Virus record (IMG/VR): IMGVR_UViG_3300045988_173726
Span: 192,001 to 256,000 of that record
DNA length: 64,000 nt
Direction: 5' to 3' (one strand)
Origin: a virus
Shown: positions 26,389 through 31,456 of the stretch, piece after piece
How the letters are laid out: every line of letters begins with the position of its first letter
Position numbering within the stretch: position 1 is the first letter of the stretch
Position numbers and translations under genes: made by a program
Notes under the pieces: model-generated
Database searches by the model: none
The model's input: only the letters and a program-made list of their open reading frames with translations
What the model was told of the DNA's origin: nothing

Positions 26389-26583
26389 ATGGTTTTCTCG
26401 GTAATGCTCTGTATTGCGAGTCTGTGTATGCTCGTTAATACGCTGAAAGAGAAGGAAGTTCCTGCCGAGCGGTTTGTCGGGTTTGGGATTCTGTTTATTT
26501 TGTGGGGTGTTACCGTCTTGTTTCCGAGCTTCGGAGAAGCCCCTGCCGAGCTGGTGAGGTCAATGTTTAATGGTGGAAGTTAG
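26389..26583 (+). CDS. small two-TM membrane peptide (64 aa)
   Basis: GGGGGAG RBS before ATG 26389 (MVFSVMLCIASLCMLV...GFGILFILWGVTVLF). Confidence 0.5.
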   Translation: MVFSVMLCIASLCMLVNTLKEKEVPAERFVGFGILFILWGVTVLFPSFGEAPAELVRSMFNGGS

Positions 26584-26779
26584 ACGGTTTATTCAGCGCA
26601 TCAGAAGCGATATTTGCCGTTACAGGATTCGCCTTTATTTGTATGATACTGCGAAAATTCGCAGTATCATCGTGGTAACTATTTGTGTGGTTATAGCTTG
26701 TCTTTATATATACAGCGTTGGACAGGCGCGTTTAGAAGAAATTCGGTATATAAGGGGACACACTGTAGTTAGGTTTTAA
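26570..26779 (+). CDS. possible small membrane protein (69 aa)
   Basis: ORF with one TM (IIVVTICVVIACLYIY), overlapping the upstream gene by 14 nt. There is no clear RBS and it contains a 28-nt palindrome, so coding status is uncertain. Confidence 0.3.
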   Translation: MVEVRRFIQRIRSDICRYRIRLYLYDTAKIRSIIVVTICVVIACLYIYSVGQARLEEIRYIRGHTVVRF

Positions 26780-26832
26780 GTATCGTAGCGTTCCGCGATT
26801 ATCCGATAAAGCTAAAGAGGGGGTATATAGGG

Positions 26833-27510
26833 TTGTTTGAGAAATTGTATGGGCGATACAAAAATGTATTTGATGGCATATTAGTAGCCTTTGCGCTAGT
26901 TGTATTTGTTTGCTTTGTCTTATTGTTTTGTGGGTGGGTCAGCCCGTCTTGCAAGCGGCATAGTCCCATCACAAGTTCCGTGAAAGTAAGCTTCGAGTCA
27001 GTAACGCTTTGTTATTATTCATACTCTCCTGTTAGCTGTAGTTGGATGTACGGAGACAATATAGCGAGTCCAGAGCCGACAGTTGGGGCAGTCGGAATAA
27101 TGTCTAAAAGCGAATTGTATTCCTATCCGTCTTTCCCTTTAACTGTAACAGACAGCAATAGCGGTTCTAAGATGGCTGGTTGCGCTCTTCTTGTGAACAA
27201 TAATCCCGCAGATTGCAGTGTTTATCTGGACAGTGACAATACGCTTTCTGCCGAAGCTAAATTCGAGTGTTCGAAGGAACAGCTAGGTATATTGGGCGGT
27301 CGTGTTAGGTTTAGTGGCTTGACTTACGGGAAGAACTATGTGTTTGACGGAAAGAGATTGGATGTGCAAGAGGACGGCACAGCGGTCGGAGAGTTTGTGT
27401 CTATGGACGTTTACGGAGGGGTTTATTATATCCCGCTATTGGAAGTTGATGCAGGAGAGCAGATTAGTCTATTGGAGATAGGAGTCAAGAGACTCGTTCC
27501 TTGGGATTAA
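26833..27510 (+). CDS. single-pass membrane protein, family member M7
   Basis: TTG start after AGAGGGGG. TM ILVAFALVVFVCFVLLFCGWV. Signature RVRFSGLTYGKNYVFDGKRLDVQEDGTAVGEFVSMDVYG. Confidence 0.7.
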   Translation: MFEKLYGRYKNVFDGILVAFALVVFVCFVLLFCGWVSPSCKRHSPITSSVKVSFESVTLCYYSYSPVSCSWMYGDNIASPEPTVGAVGIMSKSELYSYPSFPLTVTDSNSGSKMAGCALLVNNNPADCSVYLDSDNTLSAEAKFECSKEQLGILGGRVRFSGLTYGKNYVFDGKRLDVQEDGTAVGEFVSMDVYGGVYYIPLLEVDAGEQISLLEIGVKRLVPWD

Positions 27511-27566
27511 CGGCGGTATGCGTTAAGCGTGCAGAAGTTAGATAGTGTGAGTTTGGAGGTGTAATT

Positions 27567-27674
27567 GTGAAGTTTAATCGAACGGCAGTCAGTATGGTTG
27601 TAGTTATCTGTATAGGACTTTTAATATTGAGTGTGCTTTCATTTGTTGAGGCAGGGGGTTTAGGTAGAATATGA
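27567..27674 (+). CDS. possible 35-aa TM micro-protein
   Basis: Below the track cut-off. GGAGGT RBS, GTG 27567, product VKFNRTAVSMVVVICIGLLILSVLSFVEAGGLGRI. Its TGA overlaps ATG 27671 as ATGA. Confidence 0.4.
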   Translation: MKFNRTAVSMVVVICIGLLILSVLSFVEAGGLGRI

Positions 27675-28516
27675 TTGTAACAGCGGAGACTTTTATTCCT
27701 GCCCTTTTGGGGATTATGCTTGGCTTGATGGTGATATTTATTGCCAGCCTTTGGGTAATCAAGCGTTATGTGTTGTCTGCCTCTCTTGCTATATTAGCCG
27801 CATGTGCGGTATTTACTGTATTTATAGGCTCTATCATATGGTTTTGCAACGATGCTCCAGTAGATAAGCCAGATTTTATACCTAGGGCAAGTAACGAAGT
27901 AATTTCTGGCAGTAACACTAGTATTAACTTCGAATCCTTAACAGTTACAGGCTATTCTGTTGGTTCTCCAGTTCCCTGTAGTTACTCTTCTAACGGGAGT
28001 GTAGGCGGTTCAGCTTCGATTCAGAGTGGTAGTGTTAATGGAGATATGAATACTAGCTTTAATTGGTATGCCTATCCTATGACCGTGCCTGTTGATAGCC
28101 AAAATTCTGGGAGCTTAGTGTCTTTTGGCATTCTGTTTGATAACTTGTCAGCTAATTGCAGTGTAAATCTTTCTTCTCCTGCTACAAACGGAGACAACAA
28201 GTATATTTTGAACGCGAAAGCCGACTTTAATAACGGGGTGTCAGAGTCGTTTGGAATTGCTGGTGGTAAGGTGCGGTTTAGCGGGTTGCAGTACGGAAAG
28301 AGTTATGCTTTTGGTGATAAGAGCCTTACAGTGGCAGAGGATGGAACGGCAGAGGTAGAGTTTACTGTTCCAGACTACGGGTATGTGGACAGTATGTTTC
28401 CAGATTTGTATTCGGTTAGGCTTGTAAAAGCCGAGGGAAATTCCTTGGAGACAGAGTTAATTTTGTATGTGAAGCGTCCAATAAAGAGGGCTGTGGATGT
28501 GCGAGCGGGGAAGTGA
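27671..28516 (+). CDS. membrane protein, family member M8 (two N-terminal hydrophobic segments)
   Basis: Signature KVRFSGLQYGKSYAFGDKSLTVAEDGTAEVEFTVPDYG. N-terminal TM segments. Confidence 0.75.
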   Translation: MIVTAETFIPALLGIMLGLMVIFIASLWVIKRYVLSASLAILAACAVFTVFIGSIIWFCNDAPVDKPDFIPRASNEVISGSNTSINFESLTVTGYSVGSPVPCSYSSNGSVGGSASIQSGSVNGDMNTSFNWYAYPMTVPVDSQNSGSLVSFGILFDNLSANCSVNLSSPATNGDNKYILNAKADFNNGVSESFGIAGGKVRFSGLQYGKSYAFGDKSLTVAEDGTAEVEFTVPDYGYVDSMFPDLYSVRLVKAEGNSLETELILYVKRPIKRAVDVRAGK

Positions 28517-28546
28517 ATTTGGCTAAAAATTTTCCTGTAAAAACAG

Positions 28547-28575
28547 TTGACAGCTTAGAGGCAATCTGCTAGACT
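28547..28575 (+). promoter_or_regulatory. sigma-70/sigma-A-type promoter of the tRNA array
   Basis: TTGACA - 17 bp - TAGACT, with an A/T-rich upstream stretch (AAAAATTTTCCTGTAAAAACA). Confidence 0.6.
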
Positions 28576-28738
28576 ATGGTTGTGGTTAAGAGAGAGGCGG
28601 GAGCGGCTGAATCGTCATGGGACTTTTACAGGTTCTGCGCATCTCAAGACCACTTAAGAGAGGGGATAGCGTTATCTCCTAGCGCAGAGGGTACTGCGGG
28701 ATGCGCGGCGTTTAACAGAGTTTAAGCGCCGTAAGGAA

Positions 28739-28811
28739 CGGGATGTGGCTCAAGTGGTAGAGCGCTTGCTTTGGGAGCAAGACGTTGCAGGTTCAAGTCC
28801 TGTCATTCCGA
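28739..28811 (+). tRNA. tRNA-Pro (anticodon TGG)
   Basis: Hand-folded cloverleaf: CGGGATG / TG / GCTC-AAGTGGTA-GAGC / G / CTTGC-TTTGGGA-GCAAG / ACGTT / GCAGG-TTCAAGT-CCTGT / CATTCCG / A. No encoded CCA. Confidence 0.85.
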
Positions 28812-28884
28812 TTTACCGTATGGGGATGTACGGTAAGCCACTTTGCCTCCTTACAATGTGGGATTTTCCAGACGGATAGACGGT

Positions 28885-28950
28885 GTGGCGGTAGTGTAGA
28901 GGGAGCATGACGCTAAGGCGTAGGAGCGGGTTCGAGCCTCGCCCGTCACA
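28885..28950 (+). ncRNA. tRNA-like element TL1 (66 nt) lacking an anticodon loop
   Basis: GTGGCGG / CCGTCAC acceptor; D arm GTGT-AGAGGGA-GCAT; canonical T arm GCGGG-TTCGAGC-CTCGC. The anticodon-arm position holds only ACGC-TAAG-GCGT. No 5-bp/7-nt-loop alternative was found by exhaustive hand check. Confidence 0.45.
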
Positions 28951-29026
28951 TTAGCTGACTTCGGTCAGCGAACATTTTCCTCATCTCCAACAAACAGAGC
29001 GGCGAGTGCGTGAATACCATTCGCCT

Positions 29027-29075
29027 CGGATACGCGACATATGGTCGCCGCTGGGTGCAAGTCCTAGGTATCCGA
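29027..29075 (+). ncRNA. tRNA-like mini-element TL2 (49 nt)
   Basis: CGGATAC / GTATCCG acceptor; one hairpin GCGAC-ATATG-GTCGC; T-like arm CTGGG-TGCAAGT-CCTAG. The T loop is non-canonical. Confidence 0.3.
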
Positions 29076-29131
29076 TTTGCTAGAGCATCCGTGAACAGTG
29101 CTTTAGCGGTTAACCAATCAAATTGTCTTGG

Positions 29132-29190
29132 AAGTCAGTAGTTTAGTGGTAAAACGCTTTGAGACGCGGGTTCGAGTCCCGTCTGACTTC
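29132..29190 (+). ncRNA. tRNA-like element TL3 (59 nt): tRNA-Gly-type body without an anticodon arm
   Basis: AAGTCAG / TA / GTTT-AGTGGTA-AAAC / G / CTTTGAGAC / GCGGG-TTCGAGT-CCCGT / CTGACTT / C. Only 9 nt occupy the place of the ~22-nt anticodon arm plus variable loop. Confidence 0.5.
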
Positions 29191-29260
29191 TTCCGTCCCT
29201 CGGAATTTCCCCCGTTGGCTTGAGAAGGCTCACCGACACACAACTCCGAGGAGACGGTTT

Positions 29261-29306
29261 ACGGGCGCGGTAAGGCGCAGTGGGGGTTCAACTTCCCCCG
29301 CCCGTT
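29261..29306 (+). ncRNA. tRNA-like minihelix TL4 (46 nt)
   Basis: Perfect 7-bp acceptor ACGGGCG / CGCCCGT, a 14-nt linker, and a canonical T arm GGGGG-TTCAACT-TCCCC. Confidence 0.4.
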
Positions 29307-29368
29307 CTGTGCGGTCGTTGTCTTGCAAAATACCTGCCAAGTGAGACAGCGCTCCGCACTCCCCCCAA

Positions 29369-29442
29369 GGAAAGGTGGCTCAATAGGTGAGAGCATTCGG
29401 CTCATAACCGAACGGTTGCGGGTTCGAGTCCCGCCCTTTCCA
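29369..29442 (+). tRNA. tRNA with CAT anticodon (elongator Met or, after lysidinylation, Ile2)
   Basis: GGAAAGG / TG / GCTC-AATAGGTGA-GAGC / A / TTCGG-CTCATAA-CCGAA / CGGTT / GCGGG-TTCGAGT-CCCGC / CCTTTCC / A. Initiator hallmarks are absent (G1:C72 pair; no GGG/CCC in the anticodon stem). Confidence 0.85.
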
Positions 29443-29455
29443 CTAGAGTTTTTAG

Positions 29456-29519
29456 ACGACAGTAGTTTACGGGAATGCGCCAAAGGCGCGGAGAGAGGTT
29501 CGATTCCTTTCCTGTCGTA
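29456..29519 (+). ncRNA. tRNA-like element TL5 (64 nt) with a triloop in place of the anticodon loop
   Basis: ACGACAG / CTGTCGT acceptor. The anticodon-arm position is GCGCC-AAA-GGCGC. T arm (G)AGAGG-TTCGATT-CCTTT(C). Confidence 0.4.
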
Positions 29520-29587
29520 TAGCCGTAGTTCCGTGATACTCCATATCTGCTACGGTGAATCCTTTCTGGTACCTGCTGGTGCTTGGT

Positions 29588-29652
29588 TGTGCGGTAGCTT
29601 AACGGCTAGAGCTAGGCGTAGTCCGATGCGGGTTCGACTCCCGCCTGCACAA
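29588..29652 (+). ncRNA. tRNA-like element TL6 (65 nt) lacking an anticodon arm
   Basis: TGTGCGG / CTGCACA acceptor; D arm GCTT-AACGGCTA-GAGC; perfect T arm GCGGG-TTCGACT-CCCGC. Only 15 nt lie between the D and T arms. Confidence 0.45.
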
Positions 29653-29697
29653 TTTGTCCGAAGGTCGGGCAAAAATACTATGGTTTCGATTACTCGG

Positions 29698-29761
29698 TAG
29701 GGCGTTCGTTTAAGCGGAAAGACGGCATATTGCCATGTAGGTTCGACTCCTACGCGCCTAC
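29698..29761 (+). ncRNA. tRNA-like element TL7 (64 nt) with a triloop in place of the anticodon loop
   Basis: Acceptor TAGG(G)CGT / GCGCCTA with one bulge; D arm GTTT-AAGCGGAA-AGAC. The anticodon-arm position is GGCA-TAT-TGCC. T arm GTAGG-TTCGACT-CCTAC. Confidence 0.3.
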
Positions 29762-29826
29762 TCGTAACTGTAGAGTTTGGTTGGGCTTTGCAGTTACGGG
29801 ATACAAGCCCAGAGTTTGTATCCTAC

Positions 29827-29900
29827 GCTTTGTTAGTTCAGTTGGGAGAACGCACGGCTGTAAAGCGTGGTCGCCATTGGTTCGAGTCCAATACAGAGCG
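29827..29900 (+). tRNA. tRNA-Tyr (anticodon GTA), short-variable-loop form
   Basis: GCTTTGT / TA / GTTC-AGTTGGGA-GAAC / G / CACGG-CTGTAAA-GCGTG / GTCGCC / ATTGG-TTCGAGT-CCAAT / ACAGAGC / G. There is a G:G mismatch at the loop-closing pair and no long variable arm. Confidence 0.65.
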
Positions 29901-29929
29901 TTAGACCATATGGTCTAAAGAGTTTATCT

Positions 29930-30008
29930 GCTGTCGTGGTGGAATAGGTATACACGGCGGACTTAAAATCCGCTGGCTTCGAGCCATGTTCAAATCCGAC
30001 CGTCAGCA
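29930..30008 (+). pseudogene. tRNA-Leu (TAA)-like gene with an unpaired T stem (possible pseudogene or aberrant tRNA)
   Basis: Class-II layout: GCTGTCG / TG / GTG-GAATAGGTATA-CAC / G / GCGGA-CTTAAAA-TCCGC / variable hairpin TGGCT-TCG-AGCCA. The 5 nt before TTCAAAT (CCATG) cannot pair with CCGAC. The acceptor has one T:T mismatch. Confidence 0.45.
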
Positions 30009-30170
30009 TTGCTTGTGCCATAGATGCCCTAAGTATTGTTCCTTGGAGCAGGATGCAGGCATCACAAGTAGAACTTCCGTCTAAGCGAGGCGAATGCTCC
30101 AGTCCTTGCGATGACGGGGAGAGCCGAAGTTCAAATCATTAGAGTAGGCATAGTTATAGGCTTTCAGTGT

Positions 30171-30258
30171 GGAGAGGTACTCAAGTGGTTTAAGAGAACG
30201 GTCTTGAAAACCGTGAGGTCGTGAAAACGGCGCGAGGGTTCAAATCCCTCCTTCTCCG
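30171..30258 (+). tRNA. tRNA-Ser (anticodon TGA)
   Basis: GGAGAGG / CTTCTCC acceptor; ACGGT-CTTGAAA-ACCGT anticodon arm; long variable arm; T arm GAGGG-TTCAAAT-CCCTC. Confidence 0.85.
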
Positions 30259-30398
30259 TTAGAGGTGTTTTGCTGGTTCACCTCTAAACCTCCTTCTTTT
30301 TGGAAACAGCCGTTCGCTTATTTCGGGCAAGATAAGCGGAAAAGTAAGTACTGTGGCTAAGGACGCAGTGTTTACCAGAGGGATGGCGACCCTCATAT

Positions 30399-30486
30399 GG
30401 AGAGATACTCAAGTTGGTGAAGAGGACAGGTTGCTAACCTGTTAGGTCGCGAAAGTGGCGCAAGGGTTCAAGCCCCTTTCTCTCCG
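30399..30486 (+). tRNA. tRNA-Ser (anticodon GCT)
   Basis: GGAGAGA / TCTCTCC acceptor; ACAGG-TTGCTAA-CCTGT anticodon arm; long variable arm; T arm AAGGG-TTCAAGC-CCCTT. Confidence 0.85.
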
Positions 30487-30543
30487 TTCTGCCGTTTATT
30501 TCCCTAAGTGTGTGCTTTGGGAGCGAGCGGCAGTATTAAACAG

Positions 30544-30593
30544 TCCTATATAGATGTATTAAACTCAAGATAGTTTAGCATCTCCCTGTAGGA
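30544..30593 (+). repeat. copy 1 of a ~50-nt conserved hairpin element (R1)
   Basis: tcctatatagatgtattaaactcaagatagtttagcatctccctgtagga. Outer stem TCCTATA/TGTAGGA, inner stem AGATG/CATCT. Aligns with 30989-31037. Confidence 0.8.
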
Positions 30594-30751
30594 CGTAGAT
30601 TACTTGCCTCGTGTGAGCGTAAAGCGTTCACAGAAAAGTATGGGCGTTGCACACGCGCCTATGCACTGCAGAATGCCGCACTGTAAATGCGGAAGCCGAA
30701 TGGCATAAAGTGTCTGCGGGGACAGTGGCTAGGGCGGGCGCTGTCCGATTT

Positions 30752-30825
30752 GAGGCTGTAGCTTATCTGGATAAAGCGACAGATTCCTAATCTGTAGACG
30801 GTAGGTTCGAGTCCTATCAGCCTCA
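30752..30825 (+). tRNA. tRNA-Arg (anticodon CCT)
   Basis: GAGGCTG / TA / GCTT-ATCTGGATA-AAGC / G / ACAGA-TTCCTAA-TCTGT / AGACG / GTAGG-TTCGAGT-CCTAT / CAGCCTC / A. Confidence 0.85.
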
Positions 30826-30832
30826 TTGTTTT

Positions 30833-30904
30833 GCCGTGATAGCACAATGGCAGTGCATTTGATTTGTAATCAAAAGGTTATCGGTTCGAGTCCGATTTGC
30901 GGCT
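30833..30904 (+). tRNA. tRNA-Thr (anticodon TGT)
   Basis: GCCGTGA / TA / GCAC-AATGGCA-GTGC / A / TTTGA-TTTGTAA-TCAAA / AGGTT / ATCGG-TTCGAGT-CCGAT / TTGCGGC / T. Confidence 0.85.
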
Positions 30905-30907
30905 TAT

Positions 30908-30987
30908 GCCCGCATGGTGGAATAGGCAGACACGCTGGATTTAGGTTCCAGTGGGAAACCGTGTAGGTTCAAATCCTACTGTGGGCA
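30908..30987 (+). tRNA. tRNA-Leu (anticodon TAG)
   Basis: GCCCGCA / TGTGGGC acceptor; CTGGA-TTTAGGT-TCCAG anticodon arm; 11-nt variable region; T arm GTAGG-TTCAAAT-CCTAC. Confidence 0.8.
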
Positions 30988-30988
30988 T

Positions 30989-31037
30989 TCCTATACAGAT
31001 GTATCAACACAAGATAGTTGGGCATCTCCCTGTAGGA
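30989..31037 (+). repeat. copy 2 of the conserved hairpin element R1
   Basis: tcctatacagatgtatcaacacaagatagttgggcatctccctgtagga. Both stems and the CAAGATAGTT loop core are conserved with copy 1. Confidence 0.8.
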
Positions 31038-31114
31038 TGCGTGGCTATCGTAGTTGTTTACCCCTTATGACTGCGGTAGCCCCTTTGTTTGTATAGGGGA
31101 TAGAGGAGGTAGAG

Positions 31115-31456
31115 ATGAGCGAAAGACAGGGAGATATGAGTTATAAGGGCTTTGTGGGCGAGGTCAAGTATTCGGAAGAGGACGGAAAGTTTATCGGTCG
31201 AGTGCTTGATATTGAGGATGCAGAGCTTGAGTTTGCGGGTAGCTCCGTGAGTGAGTTGCAGGAGGGCTTTCGTGCGGTGGTTGACCGTTATCTGGAGCTT
31301 AAGGGTGACGACCAAGATGTAGAAATCGAGGTTACGCTAAAGAAAAGCCTTTTGCGGGCGGTTGTAGAGTGTGCGGAAGAGCAGGAAGTGACGATTGACG
31401 AGTTTGTGAGCGCGGCGCTGTTTGACTATTGCAGTGCGAATTACGGGGAAGAGTAA
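31115..31456 (+). CDS. hicB: HicB-family antitoxin-like protein (no adjacent HicA)
   Basis: AGGAGG RBS. YKGFVGEVKYSEEDGKFIGRVLDIEDAELEFAGSSVSELQEGFRAVVDRYLE matches the HicB-like antitoxin N-domain pattern. The C-terminus is RHH-like (VTLKKSLLRAVVECAEEQEVTIDEFVSAAL). Confidence 0.7.
   Translation: MSERQGDMSYKGFVGEVKYSEEDGKFIGRVLDIEDAELEFAGSSVSELQEGFRAVVDRYLELKGDDQDVEIEVTLKKSLLRAVVECAEEQEVTIDEFVSAALFDYCSANYGEE

Noticed and set aside
29159-30021. Track ORFs inside the tRNA array (29159-29344, 29259-29483, 29323-29700, 29730-29918, 29833-30021, 30659-30847).
   Set aside because: They overlap hand-folded tRNAs, tRNA-like elements and hairpin spacers. They have no RBS, and their products are Arg/Pro/Ser-rich as expected from translating structured RNA genes.
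30259-30301. The hairpin TTAGAGGTG/CACCTCTAA followed by CTTTTT, as a terminator in the middle of the tRNA array.
   Set aside because: The T tract is 9 nt away from the stem, and five more tRNAs follow without an obvious new promoter. It may attenuate transcription, but I cannot support calling it a terminator.
30660-30750. A possible additional tRNA-Tyr, suggested by the perfect anticodon-arm-like hairpin CCGCA-CTGTAAA-TGCGG (30677-30693).
   Set aside because: No acceptor stem, D arm or T-loop consensus can be built around it on either strand. I recorded it only as a structured segment with an orphan anticodon-type hairpin.
28739-30987. The tRNA array as a prophage integration (att) site or a marker of a mobile element.
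   Set aside because: No integrase, recombinase or flanking direct repeats of tRNA 3' ends are visible. The arrangement is typical of lytic-phage tRNA clusters.
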